Origin: Owenia fusiformis
Taxonomy: Eukaryota
Assembly: GCA_903813345.2 (NCBI GenBank)
Contig: CAIIXF020000001.1
Span: 46,190,001 to 46,254,000, forward strand
Length of the DNA stretch: 64,000 nt
Reading direction: 5' to 3'
The notes below the pieces were generated by a model that saw only the letters and a program-made list of their open reading frames with translations, had not been told where the DNA came from and did no database searches. Below, piece after piece: positions 13,409 through 27,561 of the stretch (position 1 is its first letter; every line of letters starts with the position of its first letter). Made by a program: the position numbers and the translations under genes.

Positions 13409-14353
13409 CTTTCGGTGTAACTTCTTCTTATCGCACTACACCTAAAGCTGATAACTTGCCTAAAACGTCAACAAACTGGAATGTTTTCGTGAGACGAACC
13501 TTGCTTGTTTCTACGAACTGGGAAACTTAATGTGAAGGTACACCACGTGACTTTCTCCCTGACTTTATTAATATGCAAATGAGCCTGTGAAACAAATGTG
13601 AAGCTATATCGCATAGGACGACATCTATCAATGTCATGAATATTTATTTGTTTCTATTGATGGCAATGTATGCCTTCAGTCATCATATATGAATTACATT
13701 GATCATGGATCAATTTGTCAAGATGATAAATTGTTGCCCACTAGGATCACAGAAAGTACATTTGAGAAAGATTAAAAAAATACAAAAGATTTTAATCTAA
13801 TTATGTTTAGGTATGTTTAACTATAACATAACAAAATCTGAAGCATTCAGTATGCTGTTGTTTATTTAGTTGCTTCAGATACGTGTCTCTGGTTGCTTTG
13901 TGTTTAAATCATCATCTTGATCCAGTGTCTTCCCATTTCGGCCCTTCCCACTTTGCCCCTTCGCATTTCTTGATCCATCAAGGTATTTCATGACTAAAGG
14001 AATACACTGATTAAACAGTAAATGTATGCCAAACTTAATTATCAATGTATCCATGCAAGTGTTTTTCAAAGAAAGACCCCCACCCAGAGTGTCAATTTTT
14101 GTGAGCGTGGCACTTCTCTATTGGATTCCTTGTAATAACAGATTTTCACTCCAAAACACATTTTGGAGTTGCTTTTTTTTCTTCAATAAGTGAACTCACT
14201 GAAATACTTAGTATCTATTGGTGCATTTTTCACATCATTTTGTTCATCGTTTTCAACTTTGTTGGTCCTTTTTCCATAGAGCTTTGAAATCTTGTTATAG
14301 TCTGGTTTTTTAATGAGATTTTGGGAGATCTGCATTTTTAACCATTAAAGACT

Positions 14354-14750
14354 AAAAGGACGATTCTCGGTTTGGAGAACGAAGTTCATCAATCCAAATG
14401 AGCATTATCCCTGCTTCGGACAAATTTGATTTTTTTACATAATATAGATTTGAATGTCTTCTTTTGAATAATCATAATTTTATTTGGGTAATATTTCTGG
14501 ATTTTTCGCAAAAAAATATTAGCGCAGTACACTGATGAACTTCTTTCCCCAAATCCAGACTTGTATTTTAATTGAATCGGTCTAATTGAGCGTTATCCCT
14601 GCTTCAGACCAATTTGTTATTTTTTCATCTTGTAGATTTAAATGTCCTTTTTTGAATATTTATAGTTTAATTTGGGTAATATTTCTATATTTTTCATGAA
14701 AAAAATCATTAGCCCAGGAGACTGTTCTCCAAACCGAGAATCGTCCTTTT
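14354..14750. mobile_element. MITE with 27-bp TIRs and an internal ~190-bp direct duplication
   Basis: AAAAGGACGATTCTCGGTTTGGAGAAC at 14354 and its reverse complement ending 14750; GAGC(A/G)TTATCCCTGCTTC repeated at about 14400 and 14589. Confidence 0.7.
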
Positions 14751-16321
14751 GTTCTATTTGATGGTATATTTGAATTCGTGTAATTTTCAATCAAAACAAG
14801 TTTGATTTGCACTGTTATTTGCCTTTATTCGAATTCTAATGATTTTCTAGTTGTCCAAAAAAGGTGGGGCTAAATCCCCATTGACACAATGCTGAAAAAC
14901 CTTTAAAAGTCCATTTACTCCTATCAGGATCACTTGATTTAAGTGACTCTGGCAATACATTTACATGTATTCTAGCCCAACTTTAGCCCTACCAACCCAT
15001 GATGCCATCTATTTTCCATTATATGGGAAAGAGGTCAATTGTTAAAACTGTTAAACACAATCAAGCAAAAATTGGATGCCGACAACTGAGTTTATTACCA
15101 AAAGCTTGAAAACCTAAGCATTCAATGGTAAAGAATTAAAAGGCTTATATTATTTCCAAAACTGAATGACAAACCTTTTTGCACAACATATGTTTTTGCT
15201 ACATTGTATTACTCTTTGAAAGAGACAATTCTTCAACTTTTTGTGTGTTTTGTAACGTGTTATATCTTTTCAAATAAGTATAGAACACAGTGCACCAAAA
15301 TTACATTAACAATGTCATTACTAGGTATAATTCTTTGAATTGTTTCCAATTATGTGATTATATGAACTAAAATTTATTTTTAAAAGTCAGTGTTATCAAA
15401 AGTGTGATATCAAAGAAAAGAAATTCAAAGAGGCCTCTCCCACTTTTTCCCATTCAAAGAGTCTCTAGAAGAGTTCAACAGTGTTAAAGAGTTGTGATAA
15501 TTCTTGCTCACAATACAGCAAATGTGAATAAATAAATAAATAAAATAAATGTGATTGTATTTTTAATTCCATTTTATTCCATTTAGCTTACAAAATTATA
15601 CAAGTAGTAAACGTTTTAAGAACAAGACACACCTTTTTTCAGAAATTTTCAAAGCTGGAAAAATTGCTCACATTGAAAGCAGCTTGACATCTTTTTTCAA
15701 TTTTAAGAGTCAATTAAATTAATTTCTACATAAGCAATCTTTCAAGCCTTCATAACTACAGAAGATGCAAGTTACATATTTTACACTTTGTCAATTGTCA
15801 TGCTGTATTTACTTTATATTTTTGTAGTTTGTACTATAGATTAGTCTAGTTTAAGTTAATTGTTGTATATTGTTAATATATCATTGAAGATAGACATCAA
15901 AGAGTCAATTAAAGATAAATATACAATATACAAAAACATATTTGAGGTGATTCTGAATCAGAATTACAGATCATGATAACTGGAGGATTTCTTACAGTTT
16001 TTTCAATATAATTTTCAATATATAATTATCATGTCTATCAATGCTACAATATTCGTTTTAACATAATTAGTTTGTCACATTGATTTAGCATTCTGCAAGT
16101 CGCTTGTCTATTTATTATATCCTAGAATGAAAGTTGTCATGTAATATATGGTCCATTTTGGTTCTGTCACATGATGGTATTTTTGTCATGGTACTCAACT
16201 CTAGTCATGTTCATATCAATAATCAATGAAACCAACATGTTTTTTTGGCAAAAAATGTTCAATATACACAGGTTTTACTGTACATACAGCCTAAACATAC
16301 ACACAAACACAGTCCCTTATG

Positions 16322-19227
16322 TTATGGGAGAGGAACTGGTTGGTTATAGAACTCCCAGAAGTCATCATTTTGTTTTTGCACTGGTTGTAATTTGACCTGC
16401 TCCACTTTTGGTTTAGGTGGAGTCAAAGGTGGAGTCTTAAACTCAATATTTTCCAACACCATATCTGGTTTCTTTGGTTTAGGTTTTGCCTTTTTAGGTT
16501 TCAGCTTTGGTGGTTCCACAGGTTTTGGTGGTGGCCTTTTGGCATTTCTGTCCCAATTTGCCTCTGCTTTTGGCAATGAATCAAGATAGTCATTCCAACT
16601 TTTCTTCATTCTTTGGCGGAGAATATTATGTTCACTCCAAAACCCTGAAGATCACATGCACAAAAAGGGTCACAAAATTTACATGAAGGCTAGTTTTATG
16701 AATGTAAAAAATGTACAAAAATAATCAATCTATGAACTACTGTTAACTCATATTTACAAAAATATACATGTGCTTATGTAAAAAATCTATGTGGTTGCAT
16801 TTTGGTTTGTGTGCAACTTTATAAAGCCATGCATTTCACATATGATAGGGACAGATAAATGAGAAAACAGGTTTGTTTGAATTTTGCAATGAATAAAGCC
16901 ATTGTGTATTTTACCCGCCTCTCCCTACCTTATTTCCCTAAGCACATTTTGAGAGAATTGTGAAAGAATTAAGTGACATATTCATATCAACCTGTTTGCT
17001 CAATCTGAAAGCAGTAACTCATAACTTAAAGAAACAGTAAAGCTTTCGTGCATCACTCATTTGTCAATGGAGTGGATTTCATTTAAGTCCTCATAATTTA
17101 TACACCAAGGGCATTCAAGAGAGCCCATGGTTATACTGCTTGTTTAGGCTTCAATGTCTCTTCAAGATAAATGTTCCATGCTTTCTTCATACGCTGCCTT
17201 AGAATGTTGTGCTCAGCCCAATAACCTTAAATTAAAAATAAATTATGTTAATATCCCTCAACCATACATGTGAACTGATAACAAGAAACTCCTTCAATCC
17301 TTCATATGGATTTCAACAGGTTCACCACAAAAACCTAAAACATACTAATAATTCAGTAAACAAATGTATAAAAGAAAATTATTTTTATGATATCATCAAA
17401 TCTATAAAGAACATCAATACTAAGATAAGACAGAGCAATATTAGAATAGAATGAGTAATGGTTTTCATTTAAACTGAAAAACCAGTAAAGAAAATATAGC
17501 AATGCATTAATTTGAACCATTTACTCCATAGTGTGTGGATAATTTCCATATTAACCTCCTGTTGGATAATTAAAAAAGTTTGACTGAGAATGAAGAAAAT
17601 TATTGTTGATGGACATATGTACTCACCTAGCTCATCCTGTGTATGTCTCCACTCATCTGGGTCTTTGTATCTCCTCTCATGTGGGTCCATGTTGTGAACC
17701 TCATGTGTAACACCACTCTTTGTGGTGAAGTTATAACCAGGGAAAACATTGTATCTTAGTCCATTGCTTATTTGATCATACTTAGGATTGAGTAAACTAG
17801 GACTTAAAGGCACTGTTTGTGACCGACGTCGTGGTTTACGATGAATGCTGTTCTTCACTTCTTCAGTGGCTCTTAAACTTTCTTGCACTTTGTCTAAATC
17901 TGAAAGGGCACTTCGGCAGATTTTGGTACCAAATTTATGTTGTATATTTAGTGGGACATCAGAAATTCCATTAGACCCATTTCCTATTGGAAACTTTGCC
18001 CTGCGTCCCATCTGTGGTTTATTTCCATATGATTTTACATCAAGCGGAAACATGTGACTTTTATAGGAAGTTTGTTCTTTATCATTGAACTCCATGCCAA
18101 GTCTTAAAGGATCACCAATTATAGAGTATTGATGGACAGGTGGCTTTTCTTTAGACTTCTGGTAATCAAATCCCTTTGTGTCTTTAAGTCCTACAATATT
18201 GATCTTCTCAGCATTGTTAACATGTGTTTCGTTGTACCACTGGCTTGGTTGAGGAGTCTCAGGAATGTGAGTCTCTCCAGCAGTAACATTAGCATTTGGA
18301 GCTCTGAAATATAGGGATTCCACACCTAGTTTGTCTAGCTGTTTAGTTGCGTCTCCAGCCTGTTTGAGCTGCTTTTCTAGCTTAGCCTTTTCAGTTTGAA
18401 ATGACTCATCTCCTGTAACAAAGTATCCAAGATTAATTTCGCAGTGGTAAAGAAATGTAGAATATCATATTTTTAGTCTCAACTGGAGGTTCTCCAAATG
18501 TGACGCAGGGACCATGAATTGGATAAATTTCATTTTACAAAATCAAATAATAAGTAAATTTGATAAGGAAAATGATTTCAAAAGGATTTGGAGCCACATC
18601 AATAAAGATTCTAAATATCACAGAGGACACCATTATCCTTTTTTATAATGCACATTGACTTTAAACTGAATGTTTAGTTATTGAGTGGGTCTCAATGCGA
18701 AAAATGTTCCACTTAGGAGGTGTTCCACGTATGGAGTTTCATTTAACAATAAGTCAATAAGTTGTAGGACTTTGAAAAGCATTCCACATTCTTTACAGGT
18801 TGATCAAATAAAGCGTATACAAATAATAGGGTATTGGTATAGGGTAATTCACAAAAATTTTATATCTATTGGTCAAAATTTCATTTTGTACCAGTGTCTT
18901 TCTAACTATTCACGTCCACTATTATAGTGGTTCTACCACACACTTGCTCTAAATATCTGAATTACCTGCAAATCGATGATTAACTTTAATATGTTCTGGA
19001 ACAGTCCACTGCTTTGGTGGTCTTTTAGTTGGCTTATAATCATCAAACTGAACAGCATTGAGATCAATATTTTTGGCATCTTCCAACTCTTGTTTGGATC
19101 GATGCTCTAAGATTGAGCCAAATAAGCTGTTTTTGGGCATAGCCTCGGTCCGTTTGGCGCGGAAGTCAGCCATATTCCTCACCCGGCCAGTAGAAGCTGT
19201 TCTGGGAGAGGTCACTGTTGCTGCCAT
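16322..19227 (-). CDS. TEX33: TEX33/CIMIP4-like protein (ciliary microtubule inner protein 4 family)
   Basis: Coding exons 19227-18966 and 18412-17627, then either 17225-17131 (380 aa) or 16644-16322 (456 aa); all GT-AG with phase-1 joins. Motifs PLNIQHKFG, YDQISNGLRYNVFPG and DPDEWRHTQDELG(Y/F)W resemble TEX33 (NIRHKFG...YDLGYNMRSNLF...DDLGRW), recalled from memory. Confidence 0.75.
17131..17225 (-). CDS. TEX33: TEX33-like gene, alternative short terminal exon
   Basis: Acceptor tttaatttaag, phase 1: (G)YWAEHNILRQRMKKAWNIYLEETLKPKQAV*; paralogous to the start of exon 16644-16322. Confidence 0.75.
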
Positions 19228-19951
19228 GGTTAGAACAGCTTTTCAGAACCCAAATCTACTTGCACCTTTATCCTTCAACCTATATATTAACAAACATCAA
19301 TTATAAATTATTTTACAGTCTTTTGATCTATTTTTTGGAATAAATGTTATGTGATGTGAATTATAACACTGTACAAGTAGATCTATAAGCTAATAGAGTT
19401 GCAACTGTCAATGTTACTACATACTGTATAGTGTAGGCCTTAGCTTAAAGGTTGTTATAACTATCAAGTGATTTTCACACCTTTTCAAAGCCTTAATACA
19501 GCATGTTGCTGTGTATCATATCATATTGATCTCTATTTAAACATTTTGAGTGAATACTCATATTTCATATACATGTGAAGAAAACAAAAATTGATAAAAT
19601 ATTGACGGAGTGGGAGCTTTTACAATGACCCCTACTTTTGGCAATTTTTATTCTTGAAAACATATAATGCATTTTTATTATCATTTAATATGTAATATGT
19701 TAATAAGTGTTAAAAACAAAACAAAATGTTGAGATTTAAATATTCAATGTATTCATACATCTTCATTAGGTAATATTTGTTTACCTGATCAAAAATTTGT
19801 AAATCTCAACAATTTGTATCATTTAATATAATATGGCAATCGATTGTAATGATAGAAAGCTTATTATAGCCTAGTTAGGGTTCATTTTGTATATAAATGT
19901 AAAATAATTTGAGGATTCCACTTAGAGTTGGGGTGTTTCTCCAAATGTAGC

Positions 19952-20037
19952 GTTGTTACGGAAATGACGTCACACTACGTTGGATTTCCACAAGAGCGAG
20001 CTACAAATATTACGTCATCAATGGATGCTATGGAGAC
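19952..20037. promoter_or_regulatory. Putative TEX33-like promoter with X-box-like and CRE motifs
   Basis: GTTGTTACGGAAAT overlapping a perfect TGACGTCA (19965-19972), TTACGTCA at about 20010, GATGCTATGGAGAC at about 20024; candidate non-coding-exon donor at 19784 and acceptor at 19280. Confidence 0.4.
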
Positions 20038-21411
20038 ATTCATTGTGACATTTGTTTTATGGGATTCCTGACAACGGCCAAACACTTTCACTTTCGTTAT
20101 AAGAGCACTTTGACATTATTGAAAAGGAATTGATGATAATCCTCAAAAAGTCGTTTTTAACACGGACATCTAATACGTTCTTCGAACTGCCCTGGAACTA
20201 TATCTATACCAGGACTGGCATCCAGATCCAAGTATTTTTAAGACCGCCGACTCTCGTTGGGCTATTTATCCCTATTGACTCAGTTATTCATATAAATTTA
20301 CGTACCTTAGATGCTTTGTAAACGACGTAGATAGAAAATATTGTTTCCTAAATTGTTCTGAAAAGCGATAATTATTACTAAATGTACTTTGAACAGGTAG
20401 ACTGACCAAAAAGTCGGACTTCTGGCACAAGGTCACGTGACCAAATAGAATTTGTATAGATAAAATTGATGACGTCACCGCCATTGGTGTAGGTCAGGTC
20501 AAAAGTCATCCATCTTGCCATTTGCCCAGCGTATTCTTACCAGTCGACAAAAAACGATGAAATCACGTTGAAAATAAAATATACACTTTAAAATTGAGGC
20601 TGATTGAAATTGACAAGACTCCATTGAATACAGCTGTGCAATTTACAGTCACCAAGATGAGCTAATTTCGGAGAGATTCGGTGAGATTCGGGAATTAAAA
20701 AAGGTAAGCCCTTCCGGTTTCCCAACTTCATAAATTTAAAATCCCAGAAGCTCCTTTCGCCAGAAACATTCTCTCTGACTGTGGTTTTTAACGTTTTCTA
20801 AGGCCTGGATAGCTATATACATCCTTTAATATACACATGTTTATACTTCATTTCAATAGACTAATACTGGGGCAGTGAATTGGTAAATTTTATATTTTGG
20901 GATTAATAGGCTAGACTAGTTTTTTTAGTGTCTATTTGCCTTTGGAACTTCAATGCTGACGGTAAATAAGAATGATGACAGTGAACGCTGTTATTCTGAA
21001 TGCGTCTTGTATTCGTTAGCATTAAGTTTATCTTGATAATTTGAAAATCGTTGATGGAAATAATAAATCATAGATAGCAGATAAAAACACGCACCTGTTC
21101 AGTTGTCCACCATGTTGTATACAATGTTACTAAGCAACTACACATAAATTGATGACATCGTAAACCCCAAAATCCATGACGTATTTCGCAGTAGGTTATT
21201 ATCGCCCACCCAATAAATTCATCGAAAGTAAGTATTTCTTATAAAATATACGGGATATAAGTAACTGTACAAAAATAATATGTATCCAAGAATATGTCAC
21301 GTATCCATAAAGAGTTTTGCCACTCCTTATCGGTCATGTTACATATCGTCAAGGTAGTTTCACAGAAAAGTTGAAACCAAAAATTATTGCAAAATAAAAT
21401 TCATTGAAAAA

Positions 21412-22072
21412 TTTCACATGAATTTCAATGTAGACCTAGTCTAATTGAAATGAAGTAATGAACTGATGGAACCTTAGATCTACGTGTATTAGTAATACAT
21501 TTCATCATTTCAATTAGGCCTAGACTTACCTTCTTCTAAGGCCACTGTATCGTGGCCTTCCATTAAAGATATATTCCTGCATGAACAACTGGTCATGTCG
21601 TAATCATAAAATTTGAAATCATATGTCCGCCATTTTTCCACATCACAATCTGAATTGCGAGTTTTTTCACCAAAAATTCCAAAACACACATAAAGTGATC
21701 AGTGTATTAGTTCACATCTTCTGGATCGCTAACTTAGAATTTACAGCCAGTTACTAATGTCAGACGTTAACGACATTTCGTCCAGTTTTCGAATATCGCC
21801 GTTTTTCTTGGAGCCATTTTGTTTTAATTTTAGACGAAATCCTGATGAAATCATGTCATATCTCATCAAGGAGCCGAGCCGGTTCCGTTTTAATTAATTA
21901 ATTCAGATTTATTTATCTATTGATTTTTAAAATATTCAATAAATTTATGACACGGCGGCCAGCTTTTTCAAATGGAGTTCACAGTATTCCAGATGAAATC
22001 ACCTCTAGCCAAGTATTGGCTAGAGACTCGAGTAAGCCTAGACTAGGCCTACATTGAAATTCATGTGAAAGT
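21412..22072. mobile_element. MITE-like element with ~32-bp inverted ends
   Basis: TTTCACATGAATTTCAATGTAG(A/G)CCTAGTCTA at about 21412-21443 and inverted at about 22040-22072. Confidence 0.55.
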
Positions 22073-22288
22073 TTGAGCATCCAACAGCTCTTATTATAAA
22101 ATCTAGAGCCAACGGTAAGAAACTTTTTGATTGGCCCTTGTATAACCCAGGGCATCTGTGTTCAGGCCATGAAAAAAGTAAAACTATTTTCTTGTAAACT
22201 CGAGTCTCTAGCCAATTCTCACTCAGTGGCCATAGAATATGGCAACTATTTTCATACCCGAACACAGGTACTCCCTGGATAATACTTG

Positions 22289-22362
22289 TAAGAGTGTGAG
22301 GCTCCTGGAAATACATGAATACAGAGCTTAATTCATGTATTTCCAGGAGCCTCACACTCTTA
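22289..22362. repeat. Perfect hairpin (32-bp stem, 10-nt loop)
   Basis: TAAGAGTGTGAGGCTCCTGGAAATACATGAAT / ATTCATGTATTTCCAGGAGCCTCACACTCTTA. Confidence 0.85.
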
Positions 22363-22556
22363 TTACCCAGGAAGCACATGAGGACCTGAAAAATGTATAT
22401 GCTCAAAATTATGCCAAATGTGGATAATCATTACACTGTATGTGCAGAACAGTGACAAAGCCATGCAGGATTTTGAATATTTTTTTAACCAAGATAACAT
22501 AGTTCTCTTTTGACCTCCAGTCAGTTTGACTGTAGACTGTTCCAAATATCATTTAC

Positions 22557-22832
22557 ATGACCAGGATCACAATGTAGATGGTCAGAATGACCCTAAACGT
22601 GATGAAATAACATTTTCAGCCTTCTGAAAATGTGACTGAAAAATAGCTGAAAGTAGTGAGCAAAATTTTTTGAATTTTTTTGCACATTTTCTGAAAAATT
22701 CAAATAATTCTGCCCACTGAGCTTTCCTAAGCTCCTACTTTTAGCTATTTTCAGTCACATTTTCAGAGGGCTGAAAAGTGATTTCATCATGTTTAGGGTC
22801 ATTCTGACCATCTACATTGTGATCCTGGTCAT
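22557..22832. mobile_element. Palindromic MITE with ~100-bp TIRs
   Basis: ATGACCAGGATCACAATGTAGATGGTCAGAATGACCCTAAAC... and its reverse complement ending at 22832. Confidence 0.75.
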
Positions 22833-23038
22833 AAAAATGCTATGTGGTACTTATAAGACCCATGTTATTATTTAGTTCAACAACATTAAACCTAGTCTGG
22901 GGTCTCAATTCTTATCTGACATATCTTATGGCCCTATCAATGTACGGCTTTCTAAGATCAAAATGATAAAGAAGGCAGTACATTGAGTTCTACTTGTAGA
23001 GCTAGGTATTATTATGACTGGAAACATTTCAGACTAAG

Positions 23039-25065
23039 ATGTCACAAGCTGCTGTCCATAGATTATTGAGTGGAGTTCGTTGTTTGCGGAAAACCCCACA
23101 AATGTTTGGTACAAATCCACTGTTTGCAGCACAACAAAGATGGCTGACGTTCAATGTCCAAGATGAGAAAGATTTCAAAGACCGAGTACTTGAAAATGAT
23201 AAACCTGTCCTAGTTGATTTCACTGCAAGGTTTGACATTTTTGATAATCAAGTTGGCTTAAACTCTTAGCTGGTCAGAACTCAGAAAGCACTACTAGAAG
23301 GGCAAAATATGAGGTCTTCAGAAAAACCTTAGTTCAACAATAATTAAAGTAACTGGAAATTGGAAATTGAACAAGTTCAATTTCAGACTCCAGATGACAG
23401 ACAGATACACAGATAAACGGACAGAAAGACAGACAGGACAGAACAGACGTATAGGACAGGATAGAGAGATATTACTCAATAAAGGACACATTATCTAGAT
23501 TTTTTCAAAATTTCAAAATGGCGTAGAATCTGAACGGGAAGTCAAATTTTGATTCCTATTGCAGATTCAGAATCCTGAGATAATTTCCTATTATTTTATA
23601 TTCTCAAAACTGGTTTTAGATACCTTATGACAGCAAAAACTTAGACTATAAGCCTATTCTTGTCTATAAGTACACACAAATTCAAAGAAAAATATGAAAG
23701 TATAGTGCGGTTATTGTGAAAACAAAGAAAATGACAAAGATCTTGACTCAAGATCTTGGCCCTCTTAATCATTTCTTGACCTTTGACTTAGATAAAAATT
23801 TGACCCCATTTCTTATCAACTAGATACTATACCTTAATTAACCATGTAATAGTCTTTGTTGAATACCTTATAGTTTTTGAGAAAACGTGACCAGTAAAAT
23901 AAGAAGAAAAAGAAAAAGAAAGAATGAATAAGAATAAGAAAAGAGGCAAAAACAATAGACTCCAGATGATAATCTATTTTCAAATTTTTCCCTTTACTGT
24001 TCCAAGTGACCAACCTGATCTACCAAGGTTGCAGAAAGAATATTAATTCAAACATTAGCAGATAGATAAGTAAGCTGTACTTTCAACTTGTCATTCTTAG
24101 AATTCTACTACTGCTGCCATCTTTATATTGGCCTAAAACCTATGGATACACATACATGCTATCAAATGGTGTCAAAATTAGTACTTTCAAATGGTATGTT
24201 CAGTTTTTGTGGTGGAATACCGGACAACGATTCAAACTTGACCCTAACTTCAACTTCCAAAACTTGTGCTAGGAAAACATAAATGTGCAGGTCAGCTCCT
24301 CAGAAGGCATGAAATTAAGTATATGTGTGGACATTTTGGATTGGATGCAGCTTTTGAACAATTATGGTTTCCATTTCAGCTGGTGTGGTCCCTGTAAGAT
24401 CCTTGGCCCAAGGCTGGAAACCATTGTAGCAGGATACAAGGGTAGGGTTGAACTGGCCAAGGTCGACATAGACGAACATCAAGACTTAGCAATAAAATTT
24501 GGGGTGAGTTTTATTTGGTTATTTTGTTGTGCTTATAGCTATCATATCAGCAGAGAAATGGTCTGGCAAGGAATGACACTTTAAACTTACTATCTGATAG
24601 CAAAGTTATAGGCAGATACAGGTACCTTGATTGTAGTGAGTGCAGAGCCTTTTTAGTTCTTCTGTAATGCTGAAAATGGGATTGACGATTGGTTTATTCT
24701 GTGATCATACATTCTTATGATATTAGGGGTACTCATTCAATATTCCAAGTTAATAGCATATTTGTGTGTCTGCTTTTCATGACATTTTTGTTCTGCTATC
24801 CAATGATCTATATGCACATTGCTATATATTAATGATTTTATTCCTATTCATTCCTTTCCTAAAAACATTGGAAGTTATGTGTACTTTAGAGCAAACTGTT
24901 AACCATGCTGTGAATATGATTAATCAAAATAATTTTCTGTTTCAGATTAGCTCTGTACCGACAGTGATAGGTATGGTTAAGGGAGAGAAGAAGTCACAAT
25001 TTGTAGGAGTTACAGAAGATGACCTCATTGAAGCTTTTATAGAGAAGCTACTTCCACCTTCGTGA
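23039..25065 (+). CDS. TXN2: Thioredoxin 2, mitochondrial
   Basis: Exons 23039-23229, 24380-24503, 24946-25065 (144 aa). Arg-rich transit peptide, then [41 protein letters not shown]...[23 protein letters not shown]. Probable non-coding first exon ending at donor 20704; AATAAA at about 25286 and 25446. Confidence 0.93.
23351..23968 (-). mobile_element. Third copy of the AGACTCCAGAT HINE family, in a TXN2 intron
   Basis: AATTGAACAAGTTCAATTTCAGACTCCAGAT start, GACA microsatellite, shared TTGACCTTTGAC core, AAGAA microsatellite and GGCAAAAACAATAGACTCCAGAT end (terminal hairpin truncated). Confidence 0.7.
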
Positions 25066-27561
25066 TATGTGCAATTGATGTTGAAATTGAATTGAAAATG
25101 AAATCAGAAAAATATCCATTATTCCCTTTGTGGCCTTACATGACTTTTCTTCAAACATTATCCTCACAATATAGATCATGGTCAACTAAATACATGTACA
25201 CATAATTTTGCATGTCGCCAATGATAGCACTTGTAGATGAGAGAGATTGTCATATTAGGGACTAAATTATGTGCACTATTGTTTTAATAAATGGGCCTCA
25301 TGTAAATTTCAAGGTCCAACTCTGTCAGCCTGTCTAATGGCCACAAACTTTAGTCTTCCTTATTTGACTTGATTTTGACGGTCTCGTGACTTTATTTTAC
25401 TGATTGAGAGAGACTAGAAAGTATTTCCAAGGGAATATCTAGCCTAATAAAAAGCAAAGTTTTTAAGCTTATTTTATTTCATATCAATCTTAAATGCAAT
25501 ACTGAATACAATATGTACAGTATATATTACAATTCAATCAATATGTTATGAAATACAAGCCTATGTCTAAGTGATATTTTTTGCAATAGCCTAAATGCCC
25601 TATAGAAATTATAACCTCATGATGTCCACTAGTCATACCTTTTTCTAGGTGAGCCTTTTCAGTCTTGCTATCTTTAAAAAATAAACACTGTTGCCAATTA
25701 AAAAATGTAGGGACCGTTAAAATCAGTATTAATATTGACACTTTATTAAAATGTCTACCGGTGATATTTTCCTGGGGTTTAATGTACACCAAAATTTGCC
25801 ACCCTGCTTTGAACAATACAGTATTTTTTCCATTTCATAGCATAAAAATAATGATGACGTTAAAGTGTAATTCGCCAAATTAGTGTTCTATAGATTTGCT
25901 ATATATATATATATGTACTCGTATCATGATAATACTTACATGTACTATAGTGCCAAGGAAACATTGAGTTGAATAAACCAGACATTATAAAAGTTTATGT
26001 GTCTACATGTCTCTTGATAAAATTACCCATAGAACTTAGGAAATAAAAGTGGACATATCTGCATATATGAGATAAATTAAGAATTTATATGGTGAATTCC
26101 TTCCTTGGAGGTGGGCAGAGTTAAGTGTCTTCTCTCATTTGGGCTTGCCACTTTCATATAGAGTTGGCTAAAAAGTTATTTGAAGTCCTACTTCAGACCC
26201 ATTAAAGGATTTAAATAATTAAAATGTCAGCCAGTGAGAAAATAAACGTTCAGAAATAAATTATATTTATAGAAAGATTGTGTTTTTGTACAGAACATAA
26301 CCATTTGGTAGTTGAACAAACAAGGATGAAAAGAATGACATACTTTCTACAGGTTTAAGGATATACTATTAACTTTACATTTCTTATCGTATCTATCTAT
26401 CCCGCACGTTTACCGGTACAGTGCATACACCACCTGCAGGTCTCATACGTGTACGCACGGATTTTCAAAGTACCCGTTGGAAAACTACTTGGAAAATGAG
26501 CTTTAACTAAAAGCAACATAATAATAATTATAGTATTCGGTGGAGTCCCCTTCCTTTCCTTCAATATGTAAAGAGGATCTGAAACTGGTTTCCATCACTT
26601 TAAACAAGAACATTTAGTGCTGTGCAATTCGCCTTTCCTTAAGTCTTCATCCCATCCTACCAGCATTTTCTTACACGGACATGCTTATTGCTATTAGACT
26701 GTGGAGTCGAAATGAACAAAAAGCATGCATTGGATCGCACATCAGACACTAAACACCATTCTTCGGAAACACACAATCCCTGACAATATTCTGTGGCTTG
26801 TTTGTATGTGTTAAAATACAACCCATCAAGTGCTCGATACTGAGTACTTGCGGACGGCGATCCTTGGTCTTCTTGAACAACAAAACATCCTGGACCTATA
26901 AATAAAAATAAATAAAACGATACGCTTGATTTACAAGTAGAATCCACAGACCATAAATCTAATATTTGCTGTATTGATTATATTGTAATGTAACCCGGCA
27001 GCTCCACCAACAGGAACATTTGCTAATGTTATCCGAAGACTAAAATAATGCAACATTGAATGATGTCACTTCGCAATCGCATACTTGAATATGTAGTTGT
27101 ACAATCCGTTGTGTATTTCAAATACCATCAATGGTACTTGATTTATAATCCAAACCGGGTGAAGGAACATCTAATATAGCATTACGAGGTATTGTTCGAG
27201 TTAACTTACCACTTCCGCATATTCTTTGTGAATGTGAATCGTAAACATTTTGTGCAATTACTTCATAGCCTACAATCTGGCAGTTGTTATTCCCAAATTC
27301 ATAATTACTTGCAATACATCGGAACCCCGTTTCATCCAAACACAACTGAAATAGAATTCTCCAATAAGTATTATCGTATGATCTGTAAAATGAAGCCTTC
27401 TGATTGGTCAGTTCTTGTGCTGTACCAATCTTTATTGCTACTGAGATTGTCCCCGTTGATCATCTCCGTCGCAATACAGAAAATATTGGTACGGAGGGGA
27501 CAATCTCAGTAGCAATACGGAGGATCACACGGTAACACTGGTGATCCGCTCGATTACGAAT

